Assembly: GCA_947305775.1 (NCBI GenBank)
Contig: CAMZEN010000007.1
Location: 61-64,060 of the forward strand
DNA from: an uncultured Verrucomicrobiota bacterium
Lineage (GTDB): Bacteria; Verrucomicrobiota; Kiritimatiellia; RFP12; UBA1067
Length of the DNA: 64,000 bases
Reading direction: 5' to 3'
Shown piece after piece: positions 51,459-59,810 of the stretch; position 1 is the first letter of the stretch, and each line of letters starts with the position of its first letter. The notes beneath the pieces were generated by a model that was not told the DNA's origin, searched no databases, and saw only the letters and a list, made by a program, of their open reading frames with translations. Both the position numbers and the translations under genes were made by a program.

Positions 51459-52040
51459 CTACGCATCCGCGCAACCGCAAAACGGTTCTATTCCGGAAAG
51501 AGGCGGGTGCTTCTTGTCCTTTTCGCTGAGCGTCAACGGCACACCTATCTCCGGCCACTTTATTCCGAGCGCAGGGTCGTCGAAACGCATGCCCCTGTCG
51601 GCCTCAGGATTGTAGAGGTTGTCGCATTTGTAGCTGAATAGCGTATTGTCCTCAAGCACTATGAAGCCGTGGGCGAACCCCCGAGGAATGTAGAACTGCT
51701 TCATGTTCTCGCCCGATAGCGTAACCGCCACATGCCTGCCGTATGTCGGCGAACCCTTGCGTATGTCAACTGCGACATCCCAAACGGCACCGCGTATCAC
51801 ACGCACCAGTTTGGCCTGCGTATGCGGCGCAGCCTGCCAGTGAAGTCCGCGCACAACGCCCTTCATGGAGAAGGATTCGTTGTCCTGAACAAAATCGGAC
51901 ATTATGCCGGCCGCCTTGTAGCGTGCCGCATTGTACGTTTCGCAGAAGTACCCGCGAGCATCCCTGAACACATTCGGCGTAACGATCTTTACGCCTTCGA
52001 TTTCGGTTTCAACTACTTCCATGGCAAAAAATTGTACCAT
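51459..52040 (-). CDS. rfbC: dTDP-4-dehydrorhamnose 3,5-epimerase
   Basis: RmlC cupin motifs (…RGLHWQ…QAKLVRVIRGAVWDVAVDIR…). 193 aa. An alternative start at the internal MEVVET is possible. Confidence 0.85.
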   Translation of the reverse strand: MVQFFAMEVVETEIEGVKIVTPNVFRDARGYFCETYNAARYKAAGIMSDFVQDNESFSMKGVVRGLHWQAAPHTQAKLVRVIRGAVWDVAVDIRKGSPTYGRHVAVTLSGENMKQFYIPRGFAHGFIVLEDNTLFSYKCDNLYNPEADRGMRFDDPALGIKWPEIGVPLTLSEKDKKHPPLSGIEPFCGCADA

Positions 52041-52053
52041 ATCAGGCCGCTCA

Positions 52054-52215
52054 ATGCAATACGAGTTTTATAAAATGCGCGTCTGCGCATTGCCGCGCGA
52101 CATCTTAGAGCCCGCTTGGCATGACTGGATTGTGAAGCGCGAGGACCAACTCGACGCCTTTCGCCGCTACATTCGCGAAAACCCCGCCCGCGCCAGCCGA
52201 CGCGACCGTCCTAAG
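52054..52215 (+). pseudogene. C-terminal remnant of a second RAYT/IS200-like Y1 transposase
   Basis: Translation …WHDWIVKREDQLDAFRRYIRENPARASRR matches the catalytic-Tyr helix YI(R/K)xNP(A/V)RA and parallels KAIRNYIKLNPARA in the gene at 5549-6805. The HUH region is absent. Confidence 0.4.
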
Positions 52216-52299
52216 CGTCCTACTAGCCGCCCACAACCCAACCACGACTCTCCCGCGACTCTTGGACAAAAGTGCGTGCACTTTCTGGACAACACCGAA

Positions 52300-52815
52300 A
52301 AAGCGGGGACAGTCCCCGCACTCACCCAAACCTTTGCGACCTTCGCGAACTTCGCGTGAGTCCACACCCGCCCCAAAAAGCGGGGACAGTCCCTTGATTC
52401 GCGCGGCACACTTATTGCAATAAGTGTTCCAAGACTTCATTGTTCTGCCCGCTATTCTGCGGGTACGGATGCCAACTGAAGCCGAAAAGATGAATTTCTA
52501 TGCAATAAACCTGCCAGATACCTTCGTATCATCCAGTCCGACCTTTGTATCATCCAGTACCGACTCTGTATCATCCAGTAGGGACCTTTGTATCTTTGTG
52601 ATACACAAACAGAGAAACAAAACAGATAACAAAACAGATTTTAACAGAGAACCAATTGCCCTGGATAAAGTTGTTGAATCCATGTAGAGACTGTCCCCCC
52701 CCCCCCAAAAAAAAAAGCGGGGACAGTCCCCGCACTCACCCAAAACCTTTGCGACCTTCGCGAAGTTCGCGTGAGCTCCCACCCCCGCAAAAAGCGGGGA
52801 CAGGCACCGCAAGTT
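52300..52815 (+). repeat. composite repeat element, copy A (REP-like hairpins plus iteron core)
   Basis: Near-identical to 58860-59365. Contains four AAAAGCGGGGACAG(TCCCCGC) hairpin units. 18-bp palindrome CACTTATTGCAATAAGTG (52409-52426). Three GTATCATCCAGT iterons at 21-bp spacing (52526-52579). Inverted pair TGTATC…GATACA. C12A10 tract (52695-52716) enclosed by GACTGTCCCC/GGGGACAGTC. Confidence 0.75.
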
Positions 52816-52944
52816 CTGTGATGTCCAGAAGCTAATGCAAGATTCTCTTGCGTTTAGTTCTGAACACGACACGATCAAGCGCGGGGAGCCCCGCCTTATA
52901 ATGCCTAGCCGGTGCGGAGATGCACAGTGGTTTTGAAAACAAAA

Positions 52945-54894
52945 CTACTCGCCGAACTTGACCTTGAAGAACTGCGAGGGTGCCGCCTCGGGAGCGGCGA
53001 CCTCGAGAGTCATCTTGACCGCGCTCTTCTTCTCTTTGACAGTCACGCCGCCTGCCATCGGCGCAGCATCTTCAAGCTCGGACAGGGATCCGGCGCGGTA
53101 AACCTTGACGACATCCTCATCGACCGCCACGCCGGAAGCGTCGTTCTCGATTTCCGCAAAGATTGTGATCGTGCACTTGTCGTTCTCGACCTGCGCGAAC
53201 TTAACTACTTCCGACGCGCCGCCTGTTCCGAATGCCGGCTCGGCCACCGCGCCCGTCACCGCGACACCGTTGATTGTCACGCGAATCCCCCCTGGGATGG
53301 ACACCGCATGTGAGGTCGCGCCCTCGATGACATCGCCATCCGCTGCCGTCCAATCGGACTCAAGAAGCGAAAGGTCAGCAATCTTGCTGAATGTCGCAGT
53401 GTAAGTCGTGTTGCTCACAGCCGGTTCAATCGCAGGCGTCCAGCCAGTAAACACCCAGCGGTAAGGTGCGTCAGCCCCACCTTTCGTCGCTGCAGCGTGT
53501 GCAGGCACCGCATTGCTGGGAACGATTGTCGTCTCGATCTCCGTACCGTCTTCGTTGAGCCATGTGATATCGAACTTGTATTCCGGCTCAAAAATAAGCG
53601 TTTTCCCATCCTCGCTTTCGTACCGTATCACATTTTCGGAAATGTTTTGAGCAGCACCAACATAGACAGTAGTTTTACCGTGAATTTCGACCCTACTTAT
53701 CGTTGACTCGACCGTCAGAGTGCCGCACCAGATTGTGCCAGGATTATATAAACTAGTACCGCTAGCGACGACGGTAACCTCACCACCCTTGAACGTGACA
53801 GAAGTCGTGTAAATAGCGAAATACGAAGATGTCTCGATCTCAACAACACCACCTTCAAATACGATGCTGCTTTCAACAGAGGAATCTCTTCGACCAATTA
53901 CACCGTTGTTTACAAGTCTGCCGGTGCTCCCCTTTATCGTCAGAGTCGGTGCTGTTCCATTTACGCGAATGGCATAGTATGTAACATTTGACACTACATT
54001 CACCGTTTCGTCGGCAAGAATTATGGTGGCACTGCCGCTGCAGTCGATTGCGGGGGCATCACCTCCTTCGGGAATCGAAATCGTCGCATCCGACAAGGTT
54101 ATGGTCGCACCATCAGGAATTATAATACCGTATGACGTGGAGCCTGTCAGCACATCGCCGTTATGGACCGTGTATGTTCCGGTCAGTTCCGACAAATCGA
54201 CCGTTGTGCCGGTCGTGCCCGGATCGTCGCCTGGATCATCGCCCGGGTCTTCACCAGGATCTTCCGCCATCTTCGCCTGAGTGATGGTGACGGTTTTCCC
54301 GGCTATGTATATTGTAGCCTGGCGGGCGTCGCCAGTGTTCGCCGCGACAGTGAAGTTAACGCTTCCAGGGCCGCTTCCGCTGTTAGCCGAGAAGGTTATC
54401 CAATTGCAGGACATATAATTCTCCACAGCGTAGGTGCTTCCCCACGAAACGCCGGAATCGACCGAAACGGTCAGCGTGCCGCTTCCGCCAGATGCTTCGA
54501 ATGATGTCTTGCTGCATGATACTATTGCACTTTTGCCGGATTGTGTAATATCGCAGGCTGCGTTCCAGACGGACGTGGAACCTTGGAGCCTGAAATACAC
54601 ATGCAAAAGTCGCTCATTTACAGAGGTGCTTTTCGATACTGTCACCGTCACCGAATCGCCTATACTGATGTATTGCTTGTTGACAGAAACGCTCGAATCG
54701 GATGTAAACACATAAAGTTCAGTTGATGATGGCCATTCACCCGTGCTGGTGTATTCGCTGGTTATGGAAAAGGTGCCGCCGTTGGCCGAGACGGTTCTTG
54801 TCTTTGGCGATATTGTCCAGCCAGCAAACGATTGCAGAGCGGAGAAGACCGCCAACGAAAGACAGGCAAGTGTTGCCAGAGTCTTGTTCTTCAT
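52945..54894 (-). CDS. large secreted beta-rich (Ig-like/BACON-like) protein
   Basis: Signal peptide MKNKTLATLACLSLAVFSALQSFA. Thr/Ser/Val-rich repeated beta-strand segments. Acidic (GEDPGDDPGDDPG) linker. 649 aa. Confidence 0.5.
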   Translation of the reverse strand: MKNKTLATLACLSLAVFSALQSFAGWTISPKTRTVSANGGTFSITSEYTSTGEWPSSTELYVFTSDSSVSVNKQYISIGDSVTVTVSKSTSVNERLLHVYFRLQGSTSVWNAACDITQSGKSAIVSCSKTSFEASGGSGTLTVSVDSGVSWGSTYAVENYMSCNWITFSANSGSGPGSVNFTVAANTGDARQATIYIAGKTVTITQAKMAEDPGEDPGDDPGDDPGTTGTTVDLSELTGTYTVHNGDVLTGSTSYGIIIPDGATITLSDATISIPEGGDAPAIDCSGSATIILADETVNVVSNVTYYAIRVNGTAPTLTIKGSTGRLVNNGVIGRRDSSVESSIVFEGGVVEIETSSYFAIYTTSVTFKGGEVTVVASGTSLYNPGTIWCGTLTVESTISRVEIHGKTTVYVGAAQNISENVIRYESEDGKTLIFEPEYKFDITWLNEDGTEIETTIVPSNAVPAHAAATKGGADAPYRWVFTGWTPAIEPAVSNTTYTATFSKIADLSLLESDWTAADGDVIEGATSHAVSIPGGIRVTINGVAVTGAVAEPAFGTGGASEVVKFAQVENDKCTITIFAEIENDASGVAVDEDVVKVYRAGSLSELEDAAPMAGGVTVKEKKSAVKMTLEVAAPEAAPSQFFKVKFGE

Positions 54895-55066
54895 GTCTGT
54901 TACCCTTATACGCTTGTTCCGTTCGGCTGTTTGCCGCAGGGGTTGAACGGAAGAAGTCCCCGCGACACGTTCTGCTGAGACGGCTGGCATGACCACATCC
55001 AGACAACCAGTCGCCATACTTACATACGCATGGCGCAGGGAAAAATTATGCGGCGAGGGGAAAAAA

Positions 55067-55663
55067 CTATTCGCCGTAAGCCGACTCGACGGCGGCGATC
55101 ATGCGATCGATGCGGTGCTTTATCTGGCGAAGCGCGTTGATCTTGAGATCATGTGCGGCGGCGACCTCTTCCGCAGGGCGGCAGTCGAGTGCGTAGGCGC
55201 GATATGCCGCGACAGTGCGCGGGTCCAGCATCGTCCGCGAAAGCACATGCTCAACCGCCGCCGCATGACGCGCCGCGCGAAGGCGTACATCGACAATGGT
55301 GGCAGCGTCCATCACACCGGACTCGACCTCCAGCCCATCAATCGGCACCGTGCGCCCTTCTCCTCGCGCGGCGGCGCGTCTGTGCATATCTACGAGAAGC
55401 CGCCGCACCATCGAGTAAAGATAGCTCCTGAAGCGACCCTTCTTGCGTTTGTAGCCGCCGCCACGCAACACGTCCACAAGCCGGATCATTACTTCCTGCA
55501 CCACATCGTCGGCGTTGCTCCCATTGACGCCGCCCAGCTCATCTGCGTATCGCCTTATCACCGGCGTGTACAGCTCTGCAAAGCGCTCCCATTCCGCAGA
55601 GTCGTCGCCGTCGGCAAACTCGGATATCTTCCGCAAAAGCGTCTGAGGAGTGTCTGGCGTCAT
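55067..55663 (-). CDS. RNA polymerase sigma-70 factor, ECF subfamily
   Basis: Region-2-like DDVVQEVMIRLV…YLYSMVRRLLVDMHRR. C-terminal region-4 HTH (…HDLKINALRQIKHRIDRM). Overlaps the downstream kinase gene by 4 bp. Confidence 0.65.
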   Translation of the reverse strand: MTPDTPQTLLRKISEFADGDDSAEWERFAELYTPVIRRYADELGGVNGSNADDVVQEVMIRLVDVLRGGGYKRKKGRFRSYLYSMVRRLLVDMHRRAAARGEGRTVPIDGLEVESGVMDAATIVDVRLRAARHAAAVEHVLSRTMLDPRTVAAYRAYALDCRPAEEVAAAHDLKINALRQIKHRIDRMIAAVESAYGE

Positions 55664-57342
55664 TGTCTCTCCATGGCGAGGTCCGGCCCGATGCAGATCC
55701 GGAACAATGCATGTATCCCTTCAGGCTTGCATATCCAGCGCGCATCGTGCGCCTGACGGATAAGGCATTTGGTTCCGCCGCGCAGCGGATCGATCTCTTC
55801 TGCGGCGTACGCAAGGTCGTCGGACGAATTCACGCGGTCGAGCACGACCTGCTCGCTGTCGGTCCAGCCACATGAAATGCCCCACCCGTTGAACGCCTTG
55901 TGCGGAAGCAGGCGGATGTCGTCGCGATAAGCGACACCAGACACGTTCGTCGCTGCCTCTGCAAGGTTCCTTGTCGCACCCGCGTCCCAATACACGTCTT
56001 CGAACGCAAGCGGCCATTTGCCGCCTTCAAGAAGCGCATATTCAAGTTCCGCCTCGGTCGGAAGGCGAAAGACGTAGCCCTCGGGAAGAATGTGGCCGTA
56101 GGTGCGGTTCAGGCACCGGCAGAATTCCTCGCCTTCTGGATACCACAACCTGTATACGACATCATATTCCGGGAAGGCGGCTTCGAATGCGGCTGACGCC
56201 ATGTCGCGCTTCCGGTTGGCCTTGATTGTGCGGCACTGCCGCGCGGCAACCGGCATCGCGCCAATCCAGAACGGGCGCGTTATCGTCACCTTGTGGTCAG
56301 GCTTGTTGTTCGGCCATTGCCCGCTGGACATCATGAACGATCCTGCCGGGCACGCGCAGAAGACCATTTCGCCGCCGCCATCCAAGGCGAGCGACTTTAC
56401 GCGCGGCGTATGGAACGTTGGCGGAAGAGCCCATTCGCCTTCAGTATCGAATCGAGACAGCGACTCTGACCCGTTCGCCGGCGGATCATTTAATCGGAAC
56501 ATCACCAGACCCGCAACAACAGCAAACGCTGCAGATACCGTCAAAGCCGCCGCGATGCGCCGTCCGCGGGATGGTCGATGACCGGCCACTCCCAAGAGCT
56601 GAGGTATCGACCGACGCCAGAAATCGCCAAACGGGGCAAGCATTCCACCTACATCCACCCCCGGTTCGTACCACATGCCGGTAAGCAGCCTGAAAAACAT
56701 GACGCCTAGCGCATACCTGTCGGATTCAGGCGTCGCGGGCGCGCCGGCGCGGACCGCCGGAGAAAGGTAGAAGTATGTTCCCATCACGGGGCGCGTTCCC
56801 GTAGATTCGCCCTCAACGAACGTTGTGGTAACTTCGAGTGCGTCCTTAAGCTCTTCGCCGAAGATGCGCGAGACGCCAAAGTCGGAAAGGTGCGCATGAC
56901 CGTCGGCGTCTATGAGAACATTCTCCAGCTTGACGTCGCGATGCACCACACCGCGCCGCGCAAGGTAGGCAAGGACGCCGGAAATTTCCGCAAACCAGCG
57001 GCGGGCGTCCGCATCCGATACGGCGCCCCGCTTGCGCAAATCCTCAAGCGTAGTGGCCTCGCCATCGCGGCCAAGCACGAGATCCATCGTGAAGAACGGC
57101 TCCCCGCCGGACTCGTCCTCTCCGGCGTCGTATACTCCAACGAGGTGCGGATGGGCCAGGTGCGACAGCAACCGTGCTTCTGCACAAAAACGCTTCTTCA
57201 GAAAATCCCCGTTCTTCTTCGTCACCGAAAAGAGCTTAAGAGCAAAGCGTCGACCATTCTGGGACTCGACCTCGTATACGCGCCCCATTCCGCCTCGTCC
57301 AATGAAGCGGACGATGCGATACCTTCCTATATGACCGTCCAC
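55660..57342 (-). CDS. Ser/Thr protein kinase fused to a C-terminal FGE-sulfatase (SUMF1-like) domain
   Basis: Hanks kinase motifs (GRGGMGRVYEV, ALKLF, HRDVKLENVLID, DFGVSR). A transmembrane segment (AAALTVSAAFAVVAGLVMF). FGE-family domain (…FWIGAMPV…YRLPTEAELEYALLEGG…). Confidence 0.75.
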   Translation of the reverse strand: MDGHIGRYRIVRFIGRGGMGRVYEVESQNGRRFALKLFSVTKKNGDFLKKRFCAEARLLSHLAHPHLVGVYDAGEDESGGEPFFTMDLVLGRDGEATTLEDLRKRGAVSDADARRWFAEISGVLAYLARRGVVHRDVKLENVLIDADGHAHLSDFGVSRIFGEELKDALEVTTTFVEGESTGTRPVMGTYFYLSPAVRAGAPATPESDRYALGVMFFRLLTGMWYEPGVDVGGMLAPFGDFWRRSIPQLLGVAGHRPSRGRRIAAALTVSAAFAVVAGLVMFRLNDPPANGSESLSRFDTEGEWALPPTFHTPRVKSLALDGGGEMVFCACPAGSFMMSSGQWPNNKPDHKVTITRPFWIGAMPVAARQCRTIKANRKRDMASAAFEAAFPEYDVVYRLWYPEGEEFCRCLNRTYGHILPEGYVFRLPTEAELEYALLEGGKWPLAFEDVYWDAGATRNLAEAATNVSGVAYRDDIRLLPHKAFNGWGISCGWTDSEQVVLDRVNSSDDLAYAAEEIDPLRGGTKCLIRQAHDARWICKPEGIHALFRICIGPDLAMERQ

Positions 57343-57354
57343 GATTGACAGGTA

Positions 57355-57870
57355 TTATAGCATATCAAGCGGGAACGAACAACGGAGGAGCGGCAGAAAT
57401 GGTAAGATTTCATGCAGCCGCTTTATGTATGCTTCAGTCAAGGCGGACGTGGCGGTCATGATTATCTTATCGACTGCGCGGAAATGGTTCGCCGTCTCGA
57501 CAATATCGTCAACAGGCACGTCCGCGCCAAACTCACCTATCGTCTTCGTCTCGAAGATCCATCGTGTCTGTTCGTGCGTAAGGCGACTTCCCTCGATGTG
57601 GTTCGAGTTGTAGGTGATGTCAATTTGAAGGCGATGGTAAAGTCCGCCTGAGATGCGTGAACTTCGCTCCGCCTCCAGAACGCCGAGAACGGTTGTGGGG
57701 AATGTCCGGCGGCGCTTGCGCTCAGGCTTGGCGGCATTAGCCGGTATTCGCCATTCTCCTTGATCTAATATAGCCCCTGCTATGCGGTTGTCGGCGCAAT
57801 ACGAGCGTACCTGACGGGGTGTTATTCCCCATTTTGCGGCAATCTCTTCTATAGTCATAAAATCCATCAA
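57355..57870 (-). CDS. HTH domain plus Fic N-terminal fragment (3'-truncated Fic-family ORF)
   Basis: N-terminal MerR/excisionase-like HTH (TIEEIAAKWGITPRQVRSYC). Then the Fic N-region motif YNSNHIEGSRLTHEQTRWIFE. Ends before any HPFx(D/E)GNGR motif. Confidence 0.5.
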   Translation of the reverse strand: MMDFMTIEEIAAKWGITPRQVRSYCADNRIAGAILDQGEWRIPANAAKPERKRRRTFPTTVLGVLEAERSSRISGGLYHRLQIDITYNSNHIEGSRLTHEQTRWIFETKTIGEFGADVPVDDIVETANHFRAVDKIIMTATSALTEAYIKRLHEILPFLPLLRCSFPLDML

Positions 57871-58273
57871 AAAGCCTCCTTCGTGTTTTGCGGAAGTTTA
57901 TCCCCCTCAAAAGGAAGTATATCAAAGAGCAAATTGTGGGCTGATTTGCCAAGATAAACTTCCGCAGCACTCATGTATTTCATAGTTCACCTCCATGCGA
58001 AACTTTTTCCACCTGAAGCGAAATATATCCCGCGATTTTTAGGTGCTGACCCCATGGAAGTGCATGTCGGGGTGATGGCATCCACCCTGTCACCGTTGAA
58101 TCGCCGCAACCACGCTTTGATGCCGTCATACTGGGCGCGGCAGAACTTCTTGGAAACGCTCATCGCGCAACGCCCCCTCGCCGGAACCGGCATCATGCTG
58201 CGGTTCTCCACACGCTTCAGCCCCGACATGATCAAGACGGCGTATGCTCCGGTGCAGGTAAAGGCGTTGACGA

Positions 58274-58855
58274 TCATTTGATGTAACCTTTGCGCTTGTC
58301 CGCCACAACCTCCCAATGTCCACCTTTGTCAGGGCCGACGCGGCGGATGAGGTTGGCGTCTTTCAGCTTGCGGATGTTCCATCTCACGCCGTCAACTGAA
58401 AGCCCAGTAGCGTTCGCCAGCTCTGCCAAAGTGACATCCGGCATCGACTTCATGACCGACATTATTTTCTCGGTAGTTTTCTTGTCAGTCTTTGCGGCGG
58501 CAATCTCGTATGCCTTGCCCTTGGCCTTGAGCGTCCGCAGAATCTTGTCGAGCATGAAATCGATGAACGGCCCGCACTCGCCGGCGGCGGTTGAGGCGCG
58601 GATTGCCTGGTAGTATTCCTGCTGGTGCGCCCAGACGATGTTCTCGACGGGCGCACCGTAGAACTCGTTGCGCCAGGAGCCGAGAAGCGCGGTCTGCCAG
58701 AGCCGCCCGGTGCGTCCGTTGCCGTCCGGGAACGGATGGATGAACTCGAACTCGTAGTGGAACACGCAGCTCTTGATCAGCACGGGGTCTTCGCTGTCCG
58801 CAAGCCATGCGAAGAGGTCTTTCACGAGCGAGGGAACGTTAATCAAGCGCGGGGA
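58274..58855 (-). pseudogene. Fic family protein, 5'-truncated at the boundary of repeat copy B
   Basis: Contains the Fic catalytic motif HPFPDGNGRTGR and a C-terminal winged-helix (…LAELANATGLSVDGVRWNIRKLKDANLIRRVG…). The expected ~80 N-terminal Fic residues are replaced by repeat sequence upstream of ~58855. Confidence 0.5.
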
Positions 58856-58859
58856 CCCA

Positions 58860-59365
58860 AAATTGAGAGCGCGAAAAGCGGGGACAGGCCCCATGTGCGT
58901 TGCGCGTGAGCCCACACCCGCCCCCAAAAGCGGGGACAAGTCCCCTGATTCGCGCAGCACACTTATTGCAATAAGTGTTCCAAGACTTCATTGTTCTGCC
59001 CGCTATTCTGCGGGTACGGATGCCAACTGAAGCCGAAAAGATGAATTTCTATGCAATAAACCTGCCAGATACCTTCGTATCATCCAGTCCGACCTTTGTA
59101 TCATCCAGTACCGACTCTGTATCATCCAGTAGGGACCTTTGTATCTTTGTGATACACAAACAGAGAAACAAAACAGATAACAAAACAGATTTTAACAGAG
59201 AACCAATTGCCCTGGATAAAGTTGTTGAATCCATGTAGAGACTGTCCCCCCCCCCCCAAAAAAAAAGCGGGGACAGTCCCCGCACTCACCCAAAACCATT
59301 GCGACCTTCGCGAACTTCGCGTGAGCCCACACCCGCCGCAAAAGCGGGGACAGGCACCGCAAGTT
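58860..59365 (+). repeat. composite repeat element, copy B
   Basis: Direct repeat of 52300-52815. Same hairpins, 18-bp palindrome (58959-58976), three iterons (59077-59130) and a C12A9 tract (59246-59266). The left-most hairpin unit is diverged. Confidence 0.75.
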
Positions 59366-59399
59366 CTCACCAACCCAGCCAACCCTTTCTTTAGGTTCG

Positions 59400-59810
59400 G
59401 GTTGGATTTACTTTCTATTCTCTTTTGTGTCTCACTGTGAGACGGTGGGGGGCTCACTGTGAGACGGTCTCCCCCTCACGAGAAGCAGGCTGCGGCCTCG
59501 CGAGGTGCACCCTAGGGGGTAGCACGGTGCGGGTCCCTAACCTGCACGCTCTCCGTCTAGGGGGTTTTTCGACTGCGACCCCCTAGGGTCAGCTCGTCAG
59601 CGAGACGCCCGCTCTCCCAGCTGAGACGCTCTCCCAGGCTGGCGGGCGCTGCGCAAAAAAGACCCTAGGGCAAATGAAAAAGACCCTAGGGCGACAGCAA
59701 AACTTCCCTACGGGAAAACGAAAAGTCCCCTAGGGCTAAATCAAATCAACAGCACGGGAAAAACAACATGGCAAAGCCAAAATTCACAAAATAGCCTCCG
59801 GGGGTCCGTC
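59400..59810. repeat. palindrome-rich noncoding region
   Basis: Two copies of CTCACTGTGAGACGGT. At least six copies of the palindrome CCCTAGGG, three of them in AAAGACCCTAGGGC context. The GAGACGCCCGCTCTCCCA block is shared with 27003-27020. No ORF with coding character. Confidence 0.55.

Noticed and set aside
52424-52687. Identical 87-aa ORFs (also at 58975-59238) inside the two repeat copies
   Set aside because: They read through the iterons, the palindrome and the Ser-rich translation of the GTATCATCCAGT repeats. There is no RBS or recognisable fold. More likely a noncoding repeat core.
52300-59365. Possibility that the repeated GCGGGGACAG hairpin units form a CRISPR array
   Set aside because: The units are irregularly spaced (~70 bp and ~320 bp). 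The intervening 'spacers' are identical between copies. No cas genes lie nearby. Better explained as REP/BIME-like repeats.
59400-59810. tRNA or tmRNA gene serving as an att site next to repeat copy B
   Set aside because: I could not find a cloverleaf-compatible segment by eye: no GTTCGAATC-like T-arm with matching acceptor stem. Left as unexplained repeats pending tRNAscan or Infernal.
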